Virus record (IMG/VR): IMGVR_UViG_3300028906_000010
Coordinates: 1 to 30,925 of that record
DNA length: 30,925 nt
From: a virus
Taxonomy: Duplodnaviria; Caudoviricetes
Strand: one strand, 5' to 3'
A program made the translations under genes and the position numbers. Each line of letters begins with the position of its first letter. Positions within the stretch are counted from its first letter, which is position 1. Below are positions 17,754 through 24,912 of the stretch, in pieces. Below the pieces are notes generated by a model that did not search any database, had not been told where the DNA came from, and saw nothing but the letters and a program-made list of their open reading frames with translations.

Positions 17754-18526
17754 GACACACCAGCCAGGGCAGGCAGTGCGGCCGGGATCAGCGCGCACCG
17801 GCAGCGAGGATGGCCGGGCGGCATCAGGTTCCCCGACGGGAACGCCGTGTGGATCGGCACCGGCCCGGCCGCCTCGTCCGCGTCGCACGCCGGGCACACC
17901 TTCGCGTCCTCCGCCGTCGACCACTCCACCCGCTCAACCGCCGACTCGGCGTACTCCCGCAGCGCCGCCGACGACTGAGCCCGCGCGATCTCCGTCTGCG
18001 CCACCAGCTCAGCCCGCGACGGGTTGTCGAGCACGTCGCGGAGCTGGTCGGCGAGGGACTGCACCGAGAGCGTGATGGGCTTGGGCTGGTCCATCTCCCG
18101 CGTCACCTCATCCGAGGCGAGGGTCTGCTCGAGCACGGCCGACAGTTCCTCAAGCCGCGAGTCCGCGATCGACTTGATCCGGATCCCCGCCTCGGCCAGG
18201 AGCTGGCGCAGGCCCGGCCCGGCGATCTCCTGCGCCGCCTCGTAGTCGCCCGGCGTCCACGTCCCCCAGTCAGGGGTCTCCAGGCCCGCTGTGAGCGCCT
18301 CAGCGCTCCGCTGGCCCAGCACCCACGCCTCCGGCCACAGCCGGTCGAGCACGCGGCGCAGCGCAGCGGTGATGGCCTCACGGGCCCGGCTCAGGAACTG
18401 CGCCAGCGCGGGCCGGCTGACACTGCCCGTGCCCTTCGGGTGCAGCGCGATCCACGCCGCGGCGAGCGCGGCCGGGTCGAACGCCGCCGCCAGGGCGTCG
18501 CGGAGCTGCTTCGCGTAGATGGCCAT
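17750..18526 (-). CDS. MuF (SPP1 gp7-like) minor head protein (258 aa from ATG 18526; also reachable from portal by -1 frameshift)
   Basis: RAELVAQTEIARA, EWSTAEDAKVCPAC, PPGHPRCRC motifs; TGATG overlap with portal stop. Confidence 0.92.
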   Translation of the reverse strand: MAIYAKQLRDALAAAFDPAALAAAWIALHPKGTGSVSRPALAQFLSRAREAITAALRRVLDRLWPEAWVLGQRSAEALTAGLETPDWGTWTPGDYEAAQEIAGPGLRQLLAEAGIRIKSIADSRLEELSAVLEQTLASDEVTREMDQPKPITLSVQSLADQLRDVLDNPSRAELVAQTEIARAQSSAALREYAESAVERVEWSTAEDAKVCPACDADEAAGPVPIHTAFPSGNLMPPGHPRCRCALIPAALPALAGVS

Positions 18527-20559
18527 CAGCTCGAGGTCCCAGCGCCAGCCAGGCCAGCCCTGGCCGCCTCTTTTGGGCCGCCGCTGGCACCGTCCTTGAA
18601 CAGCACCCGCTCGTCGGCGGCCATGTCCGGGGCCAGCGCCGGGGCGGCGGCCTTGGTGACCACCGCGCACGCGAACCGGCCGCGCTGGCCGCCCTTGCGG
18701 GCCCACCGCCGGTAGGCGGCCACCTCGGCGGCGGCCGAGCCGGGAAGCTCCTCCTCGGTGGCGGTCATGGCCCGGGCCAGGATCGCGGCCTGGTGGGCCT
18801 GGTAGCCGAGCGTCGCGCCCGTGGCCTTGGCCGTGCCCGGCTTCGGCTTCTGGCCGGGCTTCTGCGCCGGAGGCTCGTCCTGGTCCTCGCCGTCGTCCGG
18901 CTGGCCAGCCTGCCCGGGCGGGCCGTTCTGGCTCGCGCTGTCCCCCGGGTCGCCCGGCTTCACCGCGGCCGGCTGGATCAGCGTCCCCGGCGGCGCCAGC
19001 TCCGACGCGCCCTCGATGAACACGATGCCGCGGTCCCCGGTGATCATCGGCATGTCGGCCTCGGGGAAGTCGTACGCGGGCTCGCCGCGCCGCGCCCGGT
19101 CCTCGTTCAGCGTCAGCCGGCCACTGCTGGCCTGCGCCGCCGCCACCGCGTCCGCCGCCGCCTCGTCCTCGGACTCGAGGCCCAGGATCTTCACCATGAG
19201 CTGGCCGGGCATGGCCAGGTGACGGCGGGCCAGCTTCGTCGCGATCCGGCTCACCCACTGGCTGTCCGGGATGCGCGTGATCCGGTTGAGAACGTCCTCC
19301 TCGCCTTCGTGGAACGACGCGCCCAGGCTGCCGACCTCGGGGAAGCCGAGCTCGGTGGCGGTCATGCCGAAGTCGCCCGCGATGAGCTTGACCAGGAACA
19401 TGTCATATTCCGGCTTGTACTGCTCGGGGATCGTCGCGGACTGGACCGGCTTGGTGCCCGGCGGGAACAGCGGGAACTTCAATCTCTCGCTCGTGTTGCC
19501 GCCGAGGTGGTCGTTCAGCGCGGCCTGCCACGCCTCCCACATGCCGACGTCCCAGTCGGTGGCGCCGTCGACCTCGACGTGCGCGGCGGGCATCACGCCC
19601 TCCGTGTACTCCGACAGGATCCAGCCCATGCGCCGCATCCACACGATGCCGTCGAGCAGGGCAATCTCGCAGGCGCTCATGCCGTACGGGGTCTTGGGCC
19701 GGTAGACCGTCCGCTCGTACAGCAGCTCGTCCGAAGCGAAGCCGGGCACCACGGGCTTGCCGTCCGGGCCGGGCACGGTCGTCGCGGAGAACTCGCCGCG
19801 GGGGAAGCCGTACAGGATCTGCTGCGCGAACGGGAACGGCGGCGCGGGCCGGGCCCCGTACTCGTCGAGCAGCGGCTTGATCGTCGAGCCGTCGACCACG
19901 CGCAGCGCCAGCAGGTCACCGCTGTAGGACACCTGCGGGTAGACGGCGACCGCGTCGTAGACCAGGCGGTTCTCCATCAGCGCCTTGGTCCACGCGGTCC
20001 AGTCCTGGTCGTTCTGCGCGTCGGGGGTTTCCAGCCAGTCCGAGATGCGGACGATGTCGGCGGCGTACTTGTCCCGCAGGCCGGCCTCGACATCCTTTTC
20101 GTGCTGGCCGGCGGCCGCCGCTTCCCGCGCTACGGCCTTCGGGTCGACGACGACCTGGAAGTCCAGGTCGCAGATGCCCTTCCTGCGCTCGATGCACTTG
20201 CGGAACAGCGGCATATCAGCCGCCTCGGACAGTACGCGCCAGGGGACGTACGGGGCGGTGCCGATGTTGATGTTGGAGCTGATGGGCAGCTCGAACAGGC
20301 GGGGCTCGGCGCGGCCGGTGTCGGCGCGGCGCCGGTTGATGGGGGCGGGGACGAGGGGGCTGCCGGGCGGGAACGCGTCGGCGGACCACTGGGCCGGGCG
20401 GGGCATGGGTGCGGCGAGCTGGCCGGCGCGCTGCTGGGCGAGGAGGATCCCGGCGAGCTGGTCGCCGGTGAGGGTGACGCCGCCGGGGTTGGCGGGCGGG
20501 CGGCGTGCCTTCACGGCAACGGTGCCCCGATGCCGGTTGCGGTTGCTGCGCCTGCTCAC
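18526..20559 (-). CDS. Portal protein (677 aa)
   Basis: ALRVVDGSTIKPLLD, PYGMSACE, YTEGVMP, LTLNEDRARRGEP motifs; between terminase region and MuF. Confidence 0.93.
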   Translation of the reverse strand: MSRRSNRNRHRGTVAVKARRPPANPGGVTLTGDQLAGILLAQQRAGQLAAPMPRPAQWSADAFPPGSPLVPAPINRRRADTGRAEPRLFELPISSNINIGTAPYVPWRVLSEAADMPLFRKCIERRKGICDLDFQVVVDPKAVAREAAAAGQHEKDVEAGLRDKYAADIVRISDWLETPDAQNDQDWTAWTKALMENRLVYDAVAVYPQVSYSGDLLALRVVDGSTIKPLLDEYGARPAPPFPFAQQILYGFPRGEFSATTVPGPDGKPVVPGFASDELLYERTVYRPKTPYGMSACEIALLDGIVWMRRMGWILSEYTEGVMPAAHVEVDGATDWDVGMWEAWQAALNDHLGGNTSERLKFPLFPPGTKPVQSATIPEQYKPEYDMFLVKLIAGDFGMTATELGFPEVGSLGASFHEGEEDVLNRITRIPDSQWVSRIATKLARRHLAMPGQLMVKILGLESEDEAAADAVAAAQASSGRLTLNEDRARRGEPAYDFPEADMPMITGDRGIVFIEGASELAPPGTLIQPAAVKPGDPGDSASQNGPPGQAGQPDDGEDQDEPPAQKPGQKPKPGTAKATGATLGYQAHQAAILARAMTATEEELPGSAAAEVAAYRRWARKGGQRGRFACAVVTKAAAPALAPDMAADERVLFKDGASGGPKEAARAGLAGAGTSS
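18571..18577 (-). other. Putative -1 frameshift slippery heptamer C CCA AAA at the portal/MuF junction
   Basis: In X XXY YYZ phase with portal (GGC CCA AAA GAG); the -1 frame is the MuF frame; identical 10-mer to the tail chaperone site. Confidence 0.7.
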
Positions 20560-20717
20560 AGGTAGCCGCCGGGTGCGGGCTGGGCATCCGCCTTCGGCGT
20601 CGCCGTGGTGGTGACGGTGACCGTCTCGGTGACCAGCGCGCCGTCAGCGTCGTACTCGCGGGTGATCCACTCGGTACGCTGGCCTTGCGGAGGCGGCTGC
20701 GGCGGCGCGTCAGCCAC
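20556..20717 (-). CDS. Hypothetical protein (53 aa)
   Basis: GTG 2 nt after upstream stop; stop overlaps portal start (GTGA); EWITREYDADGALVTETVTV. Confidence 0.65.
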   Translation of the reverse strand: MADAPPQPPPQGQRTEWITREYDADGALVTETVTVTTTATPKADAQPAPGGYL

Positions 20718-20719
20718 GG

Positions 20720-21211
20720 CTAGCCGCCGCTGCGGACGATCGGCCGGCCGTCCGGCGCGAACAGCCCCGTCGGCTTCGGCCCGTCCGCCTGCACCTGCAC
20801 GTGATCCCAGCACGCCGGGACCGCGCACGTGCCCGGCACCGGCCCGGCCGGGGTCTGCACAAGCTGCGTGATGGGCACGTGGGTGATGGCCTTCGCCACG
20901 GCGGGCGGATCGGGAGCGTCCGGCACCGGCTCACCGGCCTGCTGCGCCGTCTGCACCAGCACCTGGTAGGCGCGGACCCGCTGGCGTGCGTCGACCACGC
21001 AGAACCAGCACTCCGGCTGCCACGGCATCTGCGGGAGGAGCTGGCTGAGCATCTGCGCCAGGTGCAGCGCGACTGTCTCGCCGATGACCTGGGCGAGGGT
21101 GTGCTCCGCCGCGCCGACAGCGCCGGGCATGGGCGTGTTGTTCTGCACGCGGCGGCGTTCGGCGCGGGTGCCGTTGACGGTTGGCGGTGCGGTGCCGTTG
21201 CCACTGGCCAA
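20720..21211 (-). CDS. Hypothetical Zn-binding protein (163 aa)
   Basis: TTG start behind GGGGAG; CWFC ... CWDH. Confidence 0.75.
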   Translation of the reverse strand: MASGNGTAPPTVNGTRAERRRVQNNTPMPGAVGAAEHTLAQVIGETVALHLAQMLSQLLPQMPWQPECWFCVVDARQRVRAYQVLVQTAQQAGEPVPDAPDPPAVAKAITHVPITQLVQTPAGPVPGTCAVPACWDHVQVQADGPKPTGLFAPDGRPIVRSGG

Positions 21212-21219
21212 GACGTTCT

Positions 21220-21279
21220 CCCCGCTGTTTGATGCGAACCGTAACAGTGGTTTGATCGTAGCCGCAACGATCAGCGGGG
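21220..21279 (-). promoter_or_regulatory. Intergenic control region with putative -10 TACGAT (21255-21260) and inverted repeats
   Basis: AT-richer gap; TGATCGT-N7-ACGATCA palindrome over the -10; CCCCGCTG/CAGCGGGG arms at 21220-21227 and 21272-21279. Confidence 0.5.
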
Positions 21280-21290
21280 CGGGGCGCTCG

Positions 21291-21680
21291 CTACAGCCCT
21301 GCGGACAGGTCGATCACGTTGCCCTCCTCCAGCACCTGCGAGAGGACATCCGTGAAGCCATCCGGCAGCCGGAAGGCGGTACCCGTGGCATAGGGAACCA
21401 GCCCGCTGCCAGCAGGCAGGTTCGGGTCGACGGTCACATCGATGGGCTCCTGGGGCTGGCGCCGCAGCGCAGCCGCCTTGCTCCGCAGCGAGATGGCGAT
21501 GTCGCGCACCTCGACGGGATGCTCCGCGTGAGCGGTCAGGCTGCTGGCCATCTGGTCGAGGAAGTAGTCGATCCCGCGCATGGCCACGTTCTCGCTCTCG
21601 ACCACGCGCCTCAGGCTGTCCTGGAGCGCGGCAGCAGCGGCCTCGTACTGCTCGCGGGCCCGGCTGATCTCGTCGCTCAC
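21291..21680 (-). CDS. Hypothetical protein with helical N-terminus and MCP-like motif IDVTVDPNLPAG (129 aa)
   Basis: GTGA overlap with upstream stop; motif aligns with MCP VDFDVHPYMPVG. Confidence 0.75.
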   Translation of the reverse strand: MSDEISRAREQYEAAAAALQDSLRRVVESENVAMRGIDYFLDQMASSLTAHAEHPVEVRDIAISLRSKAAALRRQPQEPIDVTVDPNLPAGSGLVPYATGTAFRLPDGFTDVLSQVLEEGNVIDLSAGL

Positions 21681-21931
21681 AGCGCTGGCAGGCCTGTCAC
21701 GAACTGCAACGGTGGTGGCCTCAGCACCGCCAGCCCCGCATAGCAGCGCGTGACCAGCTCCGCCGAGTGCACCTCCAGCCGCCCGCCATGATCCACGGCC
21801 AGCATGCCCTGCGGCATCCACGGGTGGTACTTCACCTCGAACTCGTCATCGAGGCCGTCGCGGGTGATCTGATCCTGCACGACGCCCGCGGTCTCGGAGT
21901 CGGTGTAGATGACGAGCCTGGTGTCGCTCAC
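21677..21931 (-). CDS. Small MCP-fragment-like protein (84 aa)
   Basis: GTG at 21931; VIYTDSETAGVVQDQI...FEVKYHPWMPQGML. Confidence 0.8.
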   Translation of the reverse strand: MSDTRLVIYTDSETAGVVQDQITRDGLDDEFEVKYHPWMPQGMLAVDHGGRLEVHSAELVTRCYAGLAVLRPPPLQFVTGLPAL

Positions 21932-21946
21932 CCCCTCAGCTTGCCA
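21926..21946 (-). repeat. 21-bp direct repeat, copy 1 (TGGCAAGCTGAGGGGGTGAGC) covering the gene start
   Basis: 20/21 identical to 22254-22274. Confidence 0.9.
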
Positions 21947-21980
21947 TGAGCCACATCTGGCCAGCGCCTTTGGAGGATTG

Positions 21981-22259
21981 CTACAGCGGCATGAGGATCT
22001 CGTCGGCGTCGTCGGCCGACTCCGCATGCTCGGCAGCGACCTGCAGCGACGCGAGCGACGTCAGCGCGAACACCTCGTCCGGCGGCATCCACGGGTGGAC
22101 ACGCAACTCAACGTCGCTGCGGCCCGATGCGTCGATAACCGACCGCACGACGCCGGCCAGCTCACCGTACGCACAGACGATGCTGTCTTCCGGCAGGCGG
22201 CCGATCCACCAGGTGATCGCATCCACTGGCGTCGCGCCCGCAGGAACGCCGAAGCTCAC
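21981..22259 (-). CDS. Small MCP-fragment-like protein (92 aa)
   Basis: GTGA overlap with terminase stop; IVCAYGELAGVVRSVI...VELRVHPWMPPDEVFAL. Confidence 0.8.
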   Translation of the reverse strand: MSFGVPAGATPVDAITWWIGRLPEDSIVCAYGELAGVVRSVIDASGRSDVELRVHPWMPPDEVFALTSLASLQVAAEHAESADDADEILMPL

Positions 22260-22274
22260 CCTCTCAGCTTGCCA
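22254..22274 (-). repeat. 21-bp direct repeat, copy 2 (TGGCAAGCTGAGAGGGTGAGC) at terminase 3' end
   Basis: 20/21 identical to 21926-21946. Confidence 0.9.
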
Positions 22275-23719
22275 GACGTCATCGCCTCGAAGTAGCTGCC
22301 CATCGGGTCATGCGGCACCACGTACGCCAGCAGCAGCGCCTCAGCCCGGTCCGGCGACCCGCCCGTCCGCTCCCGGATGTCGTCCTTCGGCTCGATCTGC
22401 ACCCGGCCCTTGATGTCCTCGAAGTACCGCGGCTGCAGCAACTGCGCGATCGTCCGCTCCGAGTCCTCCATCTGCGACAGGTCCCACTCGCGCCGCTGGC
22501 TGCCCATCCGGCCCACGGTCCACCACAGGTCAGCTCTCCGGTTAACGAACTTCACCGGGTCGGTCGCGGCCTCCGCCACGTTGATGCCGTGCACCTCCGC
22601 GTGGTGGTCGCCTCTGGTGCGCATGTTCCGCAGCTCGCCCACCACGTTGAAGCCGACGCCGATCGAGTCGACCTTGACCGCGGTCGCGCCGGTCTCGATG
22701 ATCGCCCTCAGGATCAGCGGCGCGATCTCCTCTGGCCGGTCCGACCGCAGCGTCCACTGCCGGCCCGCCCGGATCCCGCGCCGCTCACGCACCACCGTCT
22801 CGTCACCGCCGCCGCCGACATCGACGCCAAGCTCGACCGGCAGCAGCGCGCTCGCGGGCTGCACGTCGGGGAACTGGCAGGCGAGCAGGTCGGCCACCGA
22901 CACGACCTGGCGCGGGTGGTCGGACGGGAACTCGGCCAGCACCTTCGAGATGTACTTGTAGTCGTCCTCGCCCCACTCGTCGCGCCGGTCGGACTCCCAC
23001 GCTTTCGTGACCAGCGCGCCGCTGACCTGCGGCGGCACTTTCTCGCCGGTGAAGTTCGGGCTGTCAAACACGCTGATCTTGTGTTTCGCCCAGCCGGGAT
23101 GGCCAGGTGCGCACACCTTCGCGAAGTGCGACCCGGGGTTGTCCGGGTTGCCGATCGCGAGGATCCGGCAGTTGTCGGTGGTGGTGACGGTCTCGACCGC
23201 GTTCCACAGCCACTCCGGCACGCCGCTGGCCTCGTCGAGGATCACCAGGACGCCTCCCGCACGGTGATAGCCCTGGAACGTCGCCGGGTCGAAGTCGGAG
23301 CCCTTCGCGTTGTCCGGCGGCTTGCGGCCGATGCCGACCTGACGGCCGCCGATCTTCCACTCGTCGGTGGCCAGCGCCGCGCCGGGCAGTTTCAGCCGGC
23401 CGTGCAGGGCCCGGATCTCCTCCCACAGGATGCCGTGGACCTGGTCGTAGGTGGGCGCCGTGGTGATGAACATCGAGTTGGGCCGGGTGTCCACCCACCA
23501 GCACGCCAGCACCGCCGCGGTGAAGCTCTTGCCCACGGCGTGGCCGGCGCGCACCGTGGTCCGCTTCACGTCCTGCACGCTGGAGGCGATGGCCCGCTGC
23601 GCCGACCAGAAGTCGATGCCGTGGCGCGCCGCCCACTCTTCCGGCCCGGGCGGCGGCTCGATGGCCTTGCGCAACTGGGCGCGGGCCGCGGCCCAGGTGC
23701 GCGTTTCGAGCGTGGTCAC
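22256..23719 (-). CDS. terL: Terminase large subunit (487 aa)
   Basis: GTG at 23719; Walker A AGHAVGKS, Walker B VLVILDEA, IGNP coupling motif, nuclease LGVDVGGGGD and SPDRAEA. Confidence 0.95.
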   Translation of the reverse strand: MTTLETRTWAAARAQLRKAIEPPPGPEEWAARHGIDFWSAQRAIASSVQDVKRTTVRAGHAVGKSFTAAVLACWWVDTRPNSMFITTAPTYDQVHGILWEEIRALHGRLKLPGAALATDEWKIGGRQVGIGRKPPDNAKGSDFDPATFQGYHRAGGVLVILDEASGVPEWLWNAVETVTTTDNCRILAIGNPDNPGSHFAKVCAPGHPGWAKHKISVFDSPNFTGEKVPPQVSGALVTKAWESDRRDEWGEDDYKYISKVLAEFPSDHPRQVVSVADLLACQFPDVQPASALLPVELGVDVGGGGDETVVRERRGIRAGRQWTLRSDRPEEIAPLILRAIIETGATAVKVDSIGVGFNVVGELRNMRTRGDHHAEVHGINVAEAATDPVKFVNRRADLWWTVGRMGSQRREWDLSQMEDSERTIAQLLQPRYFEDIKGRVQIEPKDDIRERTGGSPDRAEALLLAYVVPHDPMGSYFEAMTSGKLRG

Positions 23720-23721
23720 GC

Positions 23722-24246
23722 CTACAGGATGACGCCTGCCTGCCGTGCGAACTGCTGATCGGCGGCCCGGATCACCGCGTCGCGCTGCGCGCCTTCGACT
23801 CCGCCTTCGTCGAGGGCGGTGAGGAACACGGCGATGATCGTGGTGGCCCGGGTCTCGGTGATCTTCGCGAGGCGCTCGTCGATGTCGAGGCGGGCCATGG
23901 CGGTGAGGAACTTCTCGCACCGGTCGAGGGCGCGTTCCCAGACGGCGATCTCGGCGCGGAGCTGCTCGCCGCCCTCGGTCTCGTACCGCATCGAGTCGAG
24001 GGCGTTGACCTTGGCGGCCCAGGAGTCTTTCCAGGCGAGGACCTGGCCGGTTACGGCGGCGAGCTGGGTGAGCGGGTCCTCGACGGGGGGGACGTCGAGG
24101 CGGGCGAGCTGGTCGCGGGCCTGCTGTTCGAGCTTGACGATCGCGGTGCGCCTGCCGAGGTGCATCCGGCACTTGTCAGCGCCGCGGAGTGGCGCTCCGC
24201 CGCACGGCTGGCCGTCCTTGCGCCTGGCGGTGCAGGTGCGGCGCAT
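23722..24246 (-). CDS. terS: Probable terminase small subunit with N-terminal CCCH motif (174 aa)
   Basis: Immediately upstream of terL; CTARRKDGQPC...CRMHLG then helical region LDIDERLAKITE. Confidence 0.8.
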   Translation of the reverse strand: MRRTCTARRKDGQPCGGAPLRGADKCRMHLGRRTAIVKLEQQARDQLARLDVPPVEDPLTQLAAVTGQVLAWKDSWAAKVNALDSMRYETEGGEQLRAEIAVWERALDRCEKFLTAMARLDIDERLAKITETRATTIIAVFLTALDEGGVEGAQRDAVIRAADQQFARQAGVIL

Positions 24247-24278
24247 CGGGTCAGCGGTTCAGCGGATGGCGCATGGGC

Positions 24279-24656
24279 TCAGGTTGCCGCGCCGCCGACG
24301 GTGGGCCCGGCGGCGACAGGCTGCGGGACCTCGGCCGGTGCGTCCGGCTCGGCGGGCCCGGCCGGGGGCTCTCCGTCGCTCTCAGCGCCGTCAGCGGCGG
24401 GCACGCCAGCCGCGGCGAGGTCGGCGTCGGCCTTGGTGATCACGGCGGCGAGCGTGGTCAGCAGCTCGGGGGACAGGTGGACGGCGGACAGGGCGGCGTC
24501 GACGAGCGGGTTGCCCGCGGCGGTCTTCGCCACGCTGGCGAACTCGGGGAGCTTGTCCTCGGCGAGCGTCTTGAAGTGCTCGAGGAGGTCCTCGGCCTTG
24601 CCGATGCCGTCGTGGATGCCCGTGGTGATGTCTGCCTCGATCGTGGCCAAGCTCAT
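24279..24656 (-). CDS. Hypothetical acidic protein (125 aa)
   Basis: ATG at 24656 behind GGGAGGG; MSLATIEADITTG. Confidence 0.8.
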   Translation of the reverse strand: MSLATIEADITTGIHDGIGKAEDLLEHFKTLAEDKLPEFASVAKTAAGNPLVDAALSAVHLSPELLTTLAAVITKADADLAAAGVPAADGAESDGEPPAGPAEPDAPAEVPQPVAAGPTVGGAAT

Positions 24657-24685
24657 GGTTCCCTCCCGGGATGCTGCTGGGGCCG

Positions 24686-24691
24686 ATGGTA
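24686..24691 (-). promoter_or_regulatory. Putative -10 element TACCAT ahead of the packaging/structural operon
   Basis: GGC-TACCAT-CGG in the intergenic gap, within a tandem CCATCGGC repeat (24682-24699). Confidence 0.45.
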
Positions 24692-24712
24692 GCCGATGGC
24701 GGCCGGCCGCGC

Positions 24713-24898
24713 TCACCTGACCGGCTCGCAGTACCCGCCGCGGAACTCCCCGGTCCGCCGCGGCGGCGCGAGCGGGCAGGTGACGTGGCCGAACACGATC
24801 ACGTCGGCGAAGCATCCGCACGGCCGCGGCGGTGCGGGCGGCTGGAACGCGGTCAGCCAGCGGTCGCGTGCGGCGGCCGCGTAGTCCACGAGGCTCAT
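24713..24898 (-). CDS. Small Cys-containing hypothetical protein (61 aa)
   Basis: ATG behind AGGAG; MSLVDYAAAARDRW...CGC...HVTC. Confidence 0.65.
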   Translation of the reverse strand: MSLVDYAAAARDRWLTAFQPPAPPRPCGCFADVIVFGHVTCPLAPPRRTGEFRGGYCEPVR

Positions 24899-24912
24899 GG
24901 TGATTCTCCTGG

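Noticed and set aside
20720-20770. FAPDGRPIV resembling portal VPGPDGKPVV as a further mimic
   Set aside because: PDGxP turns are common; match too short to support
23720-23731. CATCCT-N6-GTG before terL as a leaderless promoter
   Set aside because: Lies within the terS coding end and the 2-nt gap is explained by translational coupling; could be chance
13874-23758. Long plus-strand ORFs 13874-15673, 18793-20565 and 22310-23758
   Set aside because: Mirror frames of MCP, portal and terminase
4414-24172. Long N-terminal extensions in track ORFs 2869-4941, 7485-9392, 12086-13024, 13272-14201, 17750-19258 and 22256-24172
   Set aside because: They overlap real upstream genes out of frame; starts were reassigned to coupled or SD-supported codons
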